From: Thermovirgaceae bacterium
GTDB taxonomy: Bacteria > Synergistota > Synergistia > Synergistales > Thermovirgaceae
Direction of reading: 5' to 3'
Assembly: GCA_040767805.1 (NCBI GenBank)
Contig: JAXGNU010000016.1
Location: 1 to 19,061, forward strand
Length of the DNA: 19,061 bases
Below, one piece after another: positions 1-9,000 of the stretch. The notes beneath the pieces are model-generated. The model was not told where the DNA came from. It worked only from the letters and a program-made list of their open reading frames with translations, and did no database searches. Both the position numbers and the translations under genes were made by a program. The number at the start of each line of letters is the position of its first letter. The first letter of the stretch is position 1.

Positions 1-230
1 ATGACGGGGGCGACCTCCTCCCCGTAGACCAGGATAAGGACCACCTCCTCACGGTGATCGCCTATACAGAAAAAATCGAGGAGGAGGTTGTCGCTCTTCC
101 CCTTCCCCGGGACAATCGTTCCGCCCCTTGCCCCAGCCTCGCGGGTGATAGCCACGACTCGGTCGCCGTGACCCTCCCTAACGACGCAGAGGATCAATTT
201 CCCACAGGTCCCATGGCTCTTTAGGTTCAT
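1..230 (-). CDS. PII-like (nitrogen regulatory P-II superfamily) protein; 5' part only, runs off the window
   Basis: Not in the ORF track. Manual translation from ATG 230: MNLKSHGTCGKLILCVVREGHGDRVVAITREAGARGGTIVPGKGKSDNLLLDFFCIGDHREEVVLILVYGEEVAPV, open to the window edge. The AGARGGTI..G.G segment is PII-like. SD AAGGAGGT lies upstream, and the ATG overlaps the DUF1538 stop (ATGA). Confidence 0.85.
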   Translation of the reverse strand, partial: MNLKSHGTCGKLILCVVREGHGDRVVAITREAGARGGTIVPGKGKSDNLLLDFFCIGDHREEVVLILVYGEEVAPV

Positions 231-1732
231 CCAGGGTCCACCTCCTTAAGGCTCCGTTGCATTCTCCTTCTCTCGGCCTCCCTTTCCCTGCGACGGAACA
301 GCAACCCGAGCACCTGGATCGTTATCAAGGGCACCATGGCGATCATGGCCACAACACCGAAGGCATCCATCATGGGGTCGCCCCCCGAAGAAGCGGAAGC
401 CCCGATGGTGAAAGCCAGTACAAAGGTGGATGACATGGGTCCTGAAGCCACTCCTCCGGAATCGAAGGCTATGGCGGTGAACAGGGGCGGGCAGACAGGG
501 GTGAGCGCAAGGGCTATCGCGTACCCTGGGATGAGGAACCACCAGATGCTGGATCCCGTGACGACCCTGTACATCGCCAGGGCCACCGCCACGGCTACAC
601 CCACTGAGAAGGCGATGAGCATGAAGCGCCTTTTTATTCGCCCCCCCGAGACCATCTCTATCTGGTCATTCAAAACCCAGACCGCCGGTTCGGCAAGGAC
701 CACCACGGCCCCCAGGACAAAACCGATGGGAATGAGCAACCATTTGAAGGGCGAGGAACCGATCATTCCGCCGATGGCCGATCCCGCCGGGAGGAAACCG
801 CCCTTCACCCCCACCAGAAAGATCACCAGGCCTATGAAAGTGTAGGCGAGGCCCTTGATCATCCTCATCACCTGGCGCCTGTTCATGTGGAGCAGCACTA
901 CCTGGAAGGCGAAGAGGAAAAGAGCGATGGGTGTGAGAGCCAGGAAGGCCTCAAGGAGGATCTCGGGAAGTACACCTATAAAAGCCGAGGCCAGGGAGAC
1001 CGACGCCTCGGTCACCACTCCTCCCACCACAACAGTGGACGGGCTTTCACCCTCGAGAACGCCCATGGCAAGGACCGCCATTATCGGGCCAATCGAAGCC
1101 AAGCCCACTAGTCCGAAACTATCGCTCTCGGATTCCTTGGTCCCCCTGACGGCGGCGATACCCACGCCAAGGGCTATAGTGAAGGGAACCGTCATGGGGC
1201 CCGTGGTGGCCCCGCCGGCGTCAAAGGCTATCCCAAGATACCGCGGGGCGGAAAAATAGGCGAGGCCGAACACCAAGAAGTAGGAACCTATCACCAGGAG
1301 ATAATAGGGCATCCTCAACAGGACCCTGCCCATACCAATGGATACGAACAAGCCCACGCCTATCCCGATCATCGAAATGAGGGCCGTCCTCGAGATCGTC
1401 GGCGTGATCCAGCCTACCTGCGCTACCAGGACCCTCACGTCGGGCTCGGCGATGGTGATAAAAAAACCGACGAGGAAGCCCGAGGCGACGATAAGCAATA
1501 CATTCCTTTTATGCACGAGGGCGGACCCGATACGATGCCCCATGGGAAGGATCCCCACGTCGGTACCGAGCAAGAAGATGCCGAGGCCCACAATTATGAG
1601 CAGACCACCGGTGAGAAACCGCATCAGGAGCGGGACACCGATCGGCGCCAGCGTGGGGTAGAATATGAGCACCAGGAGCATGATGGGGATGACGGATATG
1701 CCCGTCTCCCTGAGTTTTTGAAGCAGGTCCAT
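227..1732 (-). CDS. DUF1538 family multi-pass membrane protein (two fused DUF1538 domains), putative transporter
   Basis: 501 aa, highly hydrophobic. Duplicated motifs: AEPDV/AEPAV, GIAFDAGGATTGPMTVPF/AIAFDSGGVASGPMSSTF, DSFGLV/DAFGVV. SD AAGGAG upstream. Confidence 0.9.
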   Translation of the reverse strand: MDLLQKLRETGISVIPIMLLVLIFYPTLAPIGVPLLMRFLTGGLLIIVGLGIFLLGTDVGILPMGHRIGSALVHKRNVLLIVASGFLVGFFITIAEPDVRVLVAQVGWITPTISRTALISMIGIGVGLFVSIGMGRVLLRMPYYLLVIGSYFLVFGLAYFSAPRYLGIAFDAGGATTGPMTVPFTIALGVGIAAVRGTKESESDSFGLVGLASIGPIMAVLAMGVLEGESPSTVVVGGVVTEASVSLASAFIGVLPEILLEAFLALTPIALFLFAFQVVLLHMNRRQVMRMIKGLAYTFIGLVIFLVGVKGGFLPAGSAIGGMIGSSPFKWLLIPIGFVLGAVVVLAEPAVWVLNDQIEMVSGGRIKRRFMLIAFSVGVAVAVALAMYRVVTGSSIWWFLIPGYAIALALTPVCPPLFTAIAFDSGGVASGPMSSTFVLAFTIGASASSGGDPMMDAFGVVAMIAMVPLITIQVLGLLFRRREREAERRRMQRSLKEVDPG

Positions 1733-1873
1733 GGGCGGGGTCTCCTTCTTGGGACGTCAACGAGACGGTGGTACGGCGATTTTGCCTTACCTGGTAAGGA
1801 TAACCCAGGCCAGGTTTGTCTTCCACCTTTTCACGGTTAAAAAGTTCAGCTGACCGAAAGGAGAAGGATCGAA

Positions 1874-3082
1874 GTGACGGCTTTCGCGCAAAGGATGAAA
1901 GTGATGGAAGGCACGGCGGCCATCATCAGGGGGCTCTTCGGCACGATGAACGACCCCGGGGTCATTTCCTTCGGCGGGGGCGCTCCGGCCAGGGAGGCGC
2001 TCCCGGTGGACCTCGTTAGGGAGATCGCCAGCGACGTGATCAGGACCGACAGCCGCGGCGTTGAGGCCCTGCAGTACGGCAGCGTACCGGGACTGATCGA
2101 CCTGAGGGAGGCCGTGTCGACGGTACTTCTGGCGCCCAAGGGCGTGACCGCAGACCCCTCGAACATACTGATCACCAGCGGAGGACTCGAAGGTATAAAC
2201 CTCCTCTGCCAACTTTTTATCGACCCCGGCGATGTCATCCTGGTGGAATCCCCCACTTTTGTGCACTGCGTGGAGATATTCGAGATGTTCCAGGCGAAGT
2301 GCGTGAGCGTGGCCATGGATGAGAACGGCATGGTCCCGGAAGACCTCGAGGAGAAGATAAGGCGATACTCCCCGAAGATGGCCTACCTGATACCAACCTT
2401 TCACAACCCGACGGGTAGGACCCTCTCCCTGGAAAGACGCGAAAGGATCGCCGGGATCGGGAGCACCCATGACGTGATCATCCTGGAGGACGACCCCTAC
2501 AGGGATATCCGCTACAGCGGGGCGGACCTCCCGCCGATAAAGAGTTTTGATAAAACCGGCCATACCGTCCTGGCGAGCAGCTTTTCAAAAATATTCTCAC
2601 CCGGGAGCAGGCTGGGTTACGTTTTCGCCTCCGACGAGATATCTTCAAAGCTCCTCGACGCGAAGACGGCCACGAATTCCCATACGTCCATGCTGCCCCA
2701 GGTGATCTGCGCGGAATTCTTCAAGCGGGGTTACTACCCCTCTCATCACGACAGGATCTGCGACCTCTACCGCGAACGGCGGGACGTGATGATCGACAGC
2801 ATCGACCGGTTCTTCCCCGAAGGCACGAAAAGGGTCTTCCCCGACGGGGGTCTGTTCACGTGGGCCAGCCTGCCGGGCGGGATCGATACGACGAAACTCC
2901 TGGCGGAATCACTGGCGAACCCCGATGTCAGGGTGGCCTTCGTGGCGGGTGAGGGCTTCTTCATAGAAGGAGGGGGTATGGGAAGGGATAGCATGAGGAT
3001 CAGTTTCGGAAGCGCGCCGCCCGAAAAGATCAGGATCGGCGTCGAGCGCCTGGGCCGCCTTATCCGGGGCAAACTATGTTGA
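1874..3082 (+). CDS. PLP-dependent class I/II aminotransferase (ARO8/LysN-like, 2-aminoadipate or aromatic amino acid type)
   Basis: Motifs ISFGGGAP, LQYG, PTFHNPTG, EDDPY and the PLP-lysine motif SFSKIFSPGSRLG. GTG start preceded by AAGGAGAAGG. Confidence 0.92.
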   Translation: MTAFAQRMKVMEGTAAIIRGLFGTMNDPGVISFGGGAPAREALPVDLVREIASDVIRTDSRGVEALQYGSVPGLIDLREAVSTVLLAPKGVTADPSNILITSGGLEGINLLCQLFIDPGDVILVESPTFVHCVEIFEMFQAKCVSVAMDENGMVPEDLEEKIRRYSPKMAYLIPTFHNPTGRTLSLERRERIAGIGSTHDVIILEDDPYRDIRYSGADLPPIKSFDKTGHTVLASSFSKIFSPGSRLGYVFASDEISSKLLDAKTATNSHTSMLPQVICAEFFKRGYYPSHHDRICDLYRERRDVMIDSIDRFFPEGTKRVFPDGGLFTWASLPGGIDTTKLLAESLANPDVRVAFVAGEGFFIEGGGMGRDSMRISFGSAPPEKIRIGVERLGRLIRGKLC

Positions 3083-3151
3083 TAGGCCCGCTCCATCCCG
3101 GCGCTAACGACGGTGTCAAAAACCCAGTGTACCCTGAACAACGGGCCGGTC

Positions 3152-4144
3152 TCAGCCGCCCCGACGAAAGGCCCGGAAACCGGGGTTTATTAGGCCGGGT
3201 ATCTCTTCATCCCTGAAAAGGGCGACGACCGATTCGACGGCTCCCCGGACTTCCCTGTACAGGGCTTCCGGCGTCCAGGAGGCCAGGTGGGGCGTAAGGA
3301 TCACATTTTCCAGGTCGATAAGGGGGTGATCCGGCCCGGGCGGCTCTACGGTGAATACATCCAGGGCCGCGAAAGCCAGCCTCTTTTCCCTCAAGGCGGC
3401 CTCAAGAGCCCGCTCGTCCACCAATTGCGCCCGTGCCGTGTTTATGACCCCGGCTGAGGGTTTCATCATCCTCAGTTCCCGGTCGCCGATCATCCCTTGG
3501 GTCGATCCGCTCAGGGTGCAATGAAGGCTTAAAACGTCCAACCCGGGCAACATCTCATCCAAGCTGTCCCTGAAGGACAGGCCTTTCGGTTCGCTCCCGC
3601 CGGGCTCGTAAAAGGGGTCGTGGACTTCCACCCGGCAGTCGAAACAAGCGAGGCGCCTCGCGACCTCCTTTCCAACGGCGCCGAAGCCGATGATTCCCAC
3701 CGTCTTGCCCCGCAGCTCCCGCCCGAACATGTCGGTCGTATTGCGGTCCAGCCCTTTGCCTATGGACGTAGAAATGAAGGGGAAACGCCTGAGGCAAACA
3801 AGGATCAGCATCACCGTGAACTCGGCCACGGTCGAAGAGTTGGCCCCGGGGACATAGGTTACGGCTATACCCCTCTCGGTGGCCGCCTCGATGTCCACGC
3901 TGGAAGGTTTGCCCCCGCACTTGGCTATTATCCTCAGGGTGGGGAGTTCGTCCATGTCTTCTGCGGAGAAACCGCAACTGGAAGTGATGATCACTGCTAC
4001 CGAGTCCCGCGCCAACTCCCTCACGACCTCCGGCCCTATCGTGCCTGCGGGGGAAAAGTATTCCACCTCGCCGAACCCTTCCAGGGGCTTATACCATTCC
4101 TTAGGCCCTTCCGGTTCGATGACCACTATCTTCCTTTCCCGCAT
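3152..4144 (-). CDS. D-isomer-specific 2-hydroxyacid dehydrogenase, NAD-dependent (SerA/GyaR-like, no ACT domain)
   Basis: Rossmann motif GKTVGIIGFGAVG followed by HDP; catalytic motifs NTAR, DVFTVEP and TPHLAS; PGAN..TVAE. Confidence 0.9.
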   Translation of the reverse strand: MRERKIVVIEPEGPKEWYKPLEGFGEVEYFSPAGTIGPEVVRELARDSVAVIITSSCGFSAEDMDELPTLRIIAKCGGKPSSVDIEAATERGIAVTYVPGANSSTVAEFTVMLILVCLRRFPFISTSIGKGLDRNTTDMFGRELRGKTVGIIGFGAVGKEVARRLACFDCRVEVHDPFYEPGGSEPKGLSFRDSLDEMLPGLDVLSLHCTLSGSTQGMIGDRELRMMKPSAGVINTARAQLVDERALEAALREKRLAFAALDVFTVEPPGPDHPLIDLENVILTPHLASWTPEALYREVRGAVESVVALFRDEEIPGLINPGFRAFRRGG

Positions 4145-4517
4145 GCTTCCCCCCCCGACCCCTAGTGATGATCCGCCGGGACGATATTATCCCAGTTCTC
4201 CCTTTTTGTCTCTCTCGTCCATGGCTTTGCACATAGTTACCATGGTCGGCCGGGCACATCAGCAGGAAAGGGGATGGCCCCCTTGGCCCAACGGTGGGGA
4301 AGGCTTCGCAGGACAAGGTAAAACCCTGGAAAAGGGTCGGTAAACAACGGTCGGCCCGGGGAAGCGGCCCCTTGACCTTGAGACCCGGCAAGCCCAGGCT
4401 TTTGCCGGTGAAAACGCTATGGCCGAAAGGCTGGATTTATGCAACTATTTCCTATAGACTTTTTATCTCTCAAGATGACCCGACCTGGGTCTTCACCAAA
4501 GCCGAGGGAGGCTTACG

Positions 4518-6029
4518 ATGTTGAGGTCAATGCCCAGGTTTTTCTGCTTCATTCTGTCCCTCCTGTTGTTTCTCCAACCATCCGCGGCCCCTGCGGCGGG
4601 ATCCCTTGAAGGGCTTACGCCGCCGGAGCGCGCTGACTTCAGCGCCCTGAACTGGACCGAAGCGTTCAAACTGGCCCATGAAAAGCTCTCCCGGGAATAT
4701 GCCTTCACGGAATGGAAGGGGATAGACTGGGATTATCTCTACGAACGGTTTGCCCCGGAAGTGCAATTCACTTGGGCGGCGTGTGATGAACGGTCTTTCT
4801 ATCTTCTGCTCCGCCAATACGTCTTCTCCATCCCCGACGGCCACATGGCGCTGGTGTCGGAAAACACGGCCATCCCCGCGGAGGTGGCCAGGGATAGCGC
4901 CGGCGGGGGCTTCGGGCTGACCGTCGTTGAACTGGATAACACCAGGGCCATCGCGGCGACGGTGTCCCCCGGCGGACAGGCCGCCCTGGCAGGGATCGAA
5001 CCCGGGGCCGAGATAATCACCTGGAACTGCCTGCCCATTGCAATGGCCATCTCCGGGGTTCCCGTGGACCTCATCCCCTACCGACCGATGAGACCGGGGG
5101 CTTTCGCGGACTCAGAAAGCCCCCAGGCAACCACCGAGAATCACCGCCTGGAGCAGGCCAAGCTCCTTGTGAGAGGGCCTGTAGGCAGCAAGGCCACCCT
5201 CGTCTTCAGGAACCCCGGCTCCGACAACCTCCGGGTGGCCATCCTGACAGCCCTCGATGACGAGGGGGCCACCCTCGACATGGTCGATTTCGCCGCGCGG
5301 CCGGGCTTCTCGGACAAGATGGACTTCTGGATGGTCCCCGAGGGCTACGGGTACATCCGGCTTAGGCCGGAGGTCGACCGCGACGACAGGGATGCCTACC
5401 CGGCCCGCATCCTGGAGCGATTCAGGGGAGCGATCCGGTCCTTCATCGCATCGGGCGCCGAGGGCGTTATCGTTGACATCCGGGGTTACTACGACGGCCT
5501 TGATGAACTCGCCGCCGATATCTGCGGCTTCTTTTTCACCGATGAAGAGTTTTACGAATCCCTGGAGGTGTACGAGCAGCGGGACGGCGGCTTCGCGAAG
5601 ATCGGGGATCTGACCATCACTCCCCGGGAGCCTCATTTCGACGGGCCCGTGGTGGCCCTGATCAACCCCGGCACGAAAAGCTCCGGTGAGGGCATCGCCC
5701 GTTCCCTGTCGCTGGCCCCCAAGGGCAGCACTGTCGGCTTTCATGGCACGAACGGCTCCTTCGGCCTGGCGGGGGGAGAGATCGTCATGCCCGGCGGTTA
5801 CACCATCAAGTACCCCTACGGCTTTTCCTTGGACCGGCAGGGACGGGTCCAGATCGACAGCCGTTTCGGCGAGGGCGGCGCGACCCCCGACCTCAGGGTC
5901 CCCAAAAATGCCCAGAACGTACTCGCCTTCGCCGAGGGCCACGATGTGGAACTGGAATACGCCGTGGATCACCTTAACCGGTTGGCGGCGAAAGAAAGCG
6001 GGGATAACGGTCCGCCGATGGTACAATGA
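4518..6029 (+). CDS. Exported S41-family serine peptidase with a PDZ-like domain
   Basis: N-terminal signal-like segment; YAFTEWKGIDW helical motif; DGH; PDZ-like AGIEPGAEI; GYGYIRL; VDIRG; TKSSGE (putative catalytic Ser); G..PD near the C-terminus. SD GGGAGG 6 nt before the ATG. Confidence 0.85.
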   Translation: MLRSMPRFFCFILSLLLFLQPSAAPAAGSLEGLTPPERADFSALNWTEAFKLAHEKLSREYAFTEWKGIDWDYLYERFAPEVQFTWAACDERSFYLLLRQYVFSIPDGHMALVSENTAIPAEVARDSAGGGFGLTVVELDNTRAIAATVSPGGQAALAGIEPGAEIITWNCLPIAMAISGVPVDLIPYRPMRPGAFADSESPQATTENHRLEQAKLLVRGPVGSKATLVFRNPGSDNLRVAILTALDDEGATLDMVDFAARPGFSDKMDFWMVPEGYGYIRLRPEVDRDDRDAYPARILERFRGAIRSFIASGAEGVIVDIRGYYDGLDELAADICGFFFTDEEFYESLEVYEQRDGGFAKIGDLTITPREPHFDGPVVALINPGTKSSGEGIARSLSLAPKGSTVGFHGTNGSFGLAGGEIVMPGGYTIKYPYGFSLDRQGRVQIDSRFGEGGATPDLRVPKNAQNVLAFAEGHDVELEYAVDHLNRLAAKESGDNGPPMVQ

Positions 6030-6068
6030 AGTGCCGGTCGCTCCTTTATTACGTAAGGAGGTGGCAAA

Positions 6069-9000
6069 ATGAACAAAAAAAGGATCACCCTGGTCCTTTT
6101 GGTGTGCGCGGTCCTGGCACTGGCTATAGCGGGATTCACCATGGACCTGGCTACCGACCTGGTGAGGGAGAAGATCATCCAGGCCGTCGACCAGGGCCTC
6201 GACTCGCGGATAACCCTGGGAGAGGTCAAGGGAAACCCCTTCAGGGGATACAGGATAGAAGGGGTAACCCTTTCCGCCGACGGGGTTGACCTCTTTACCG
6301 CCCGGAGGATCAACGCGAAGGTCTCGCTTTTCTCACTGCTTGGAGGCGGACCCCCTGTATCCTTGCTGGAAGTGGTCGGCTTCGATTCCGACGTGGAAAG
6401 GGTCAACCGTTTGATACCCAGGATCCGGCCGGGCGAGGGCGGAGGGGAACTGCCCTTCAAGAGGGTCCGCCTCACCGACGGCCGGTTTGGAACCCCCTGG
6501 GCGGAAAGCACGCTCAAGACCGTGACGGTCTCCCTGGGCAAGGGCCGGCTTGACACGGACCTGGACCTGCTGGTAGGGGACCTTCCAGTAAAAGGGGGCA
6601 TCGACGTCCTTTTGACGGATGGCGCCTCCGCCTTGAAGAAAATGGACCTCAAGATCGGTGACGGGAGGCTTACCGCCTCCGGGAAGGTCATGCCCGAACT
6701 GTCCGTTGACGGCGAGGCCAGGTCCCTGGATATAGCAAGGCTCGTCTCCTTCTGGCCCGGCGCTAACCCCGAGCTTTTCAAGGGCCTGCTTTCGTTGGGC
6801 TTCTCCGCCCGGAAGACGTGGCAGGACCCGGAGATCTCGGGCAACCTCGATTATTCCGGCAGCCTCCTTTCGGGCATACCTGTTGAAAAAGCATCGGCCC
6901 GGTGGAAGTTCCTAAACGATCGTCTTGATATCGCCGACCTGGACGCTTTCGCCCTCGGCTTCCCTCTGAAGGGCGACCTGGCTTTTGTGTTCGACCCCAA
7001 GGCGCCGCCGCGCATGAGGGTGAACCTCAAGGGCTCCGCCGCGGACCTGGAAGCCCTATCGCAGGTCTCCAAAAAGCTGGAGGGCATGAGCGGCGCCCTG
7101 GACCATTTCTCGGTATTTCTCGAAGGCCGGGTCTCCAACCCTGAAGGGCAGGTTTCCTTCGAGGCACGAAAGCTCGGCTACAAGAACTATTCCACCAGCG
7201 ATACCAGCATAACCGCCAAGATCAAGGGCGGGAATATCGCCATCTCCGGCAAGAGCAAGTTCGAAGGCGCCCCCATCACCGTAGGCGGGACGGTGTCCGA
7301 TTTTATGAGAAGCCCCGTGGCTTCCTTGCAAGGGACCTTGAGGTCCTTTTCGCTGGGTTCGGTCAAGAAGATCGTGCCCGCCATGGGTGATACGGACCTG
7401 AAAGGGAACGTGAACGCCGATTACCGGTTGTCCGGCCCCGTCCAGTCCCTGGCGTTGTCGGGCAAGACCTGGTCGGACAGCATTGCCGTCGGGCCTAACA
7501 CCCTGGAAAGGCCATCGACCTTCTTCGATTATCATCTCCAAGAGGACCTTCTCTCCTTCTCCGATATGAAAGCCCGGTGGAAGGGGGCCGACATCTCGGG
7601 AAAGGGCGAGGTGTCGCACCCGTCTTCCGACAAAAGGACGGGAGACCTCCTCTTTCTAGCCTCCAACCTAGATCCCGCCTTCTTCGCGTCCTTCTACCCA
7701 CCGATCTCCGAATATCGCCTCAAGGGGGAATTATCCCTCGAGGCCGGGGTCAAGGGCCAACTTTCCAGGCCGACGGTTCATGTCAGCCTTCGCTCCAGGG
7801 CGCTTTCCCTCATGGACAACTACAGTATCAAGAACCTGAAGGCCGAAACGGATATCACGGACCTAAAGGCCGGGCTTCCTTCCGACCTTCGCCTGGACGT
7901 CAGCGCGGATTCAGCCACGGTGGCTGGAGCCTCGGTCCAGGCGTTGAAAGTGGAACTCGAGAAAAAGGCGAAGGTCATTACAATAAGGCAGGCGAACGCC
8001 GCCTTGGGAGCGGGGATCCTCACGGCCGGCGGTAACGTCACCCTGGAGGACCCCATGGAAAAGTCGGCCTTGAACCTGACCGTTAAGGGGCAGAACATAG
8101 ACCTGGAAAAGGTGACCCTCGAGGGCGGGACAAAACTCCCGCTGGCTGGTGTCCTCACGGGCGAAGCCGTGGCGACCGGGAGCGTGAAAGACCCGAGGAT
8201 CTCGGTCACTGCCACGGCGCCCTTCATCGCGGCCGCGGGCCTCAAGGCGGACGGTGTAAAGACGAAGATCTCGGGCAACACCACCGTCATGAAGATTGAG
8301 GACCTTTCCGGCAAGGTGGGGAGCGGTTCCCTCTCGGTCACGGGCGATGTCCGTTTCACTCCCTTTGTCTCAGAACTCGCGGTAAGCGGCAAGGACCTGG
8401 AGCTCAACCCCCTCCTTTCCAGGTTCGAGAAGCTCCAGCCGTTGAACATCACCGGTAAAGCCGACCTCGAGTTCCATGGCCGGTTCGGGGATGGTGGGAA
8501 CAGCGGTTCAGGTAAAGCCACTTCCGCGGCGGTCCGGGTCATGGGAATGGAGATCACCGGGATCGTCCTGCCCCTCGACCTGAGCGGTGTCAGGCTGACT
8601 TCACCCGATGGAACGGGCAGGCTTTACGGCGGAAAGATACTGAACGATTTCGCACTGAACCTGTCGGGCATGACCTTCCACAACGAGATCGAGGTAAAGG
8701 ATACCGACGTCGAGGGGCTCCTGAAAGACGCCTTTAAACTCCAGGGGCACATCACCGGCAAGGCCGAACTATTCGCGAAAGTGAACGGGACCCTCGGTGA
8801 AGAGTTGAAATACACCGGCAAGGGACTCCTCAAGACGGGCCAGGGGATGATTTCGGGGTTCAAGCTCGTCGACCTGGTGGCCGCGGTTCACCGCTCCAGG
8901 GGGCTTCAATTTGCCTCCGTGTATGCCCCCTTCGATCTACAGACGGGGAAACTCATCCTGGCCAAGGATACATTGGTCAAGGCGCCGCAAGGGGACCCCA

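Noticed and set aside
4149..4156. Homopolymers as phase-variation sites: C8 at the dehydrogenase SD, G9 at 12432-12440, T8 at 14360-14367
   Set aside because: They are short and explained by SD, hairpin stem or Lys codons; all frames are intact and a single sequence shows no variation.
4315..4345. AAGGTAAAACCCTGGAAAAGGGTCGGTAAAC, resembling the first stem of a c-di-GMP-I riboswitch
   Set aside because: It lacks the GGCAAAC and GACGCAAA consensus and a convincing second stem.
5112..6844. Long minus-strand ORFs (304 aa and 291 aa) opposite the S41 and AsmA genes
   Set aside because: Antisense shadows with no recognisable motifs or SD. The same applies to the other nested ORFs in the track.
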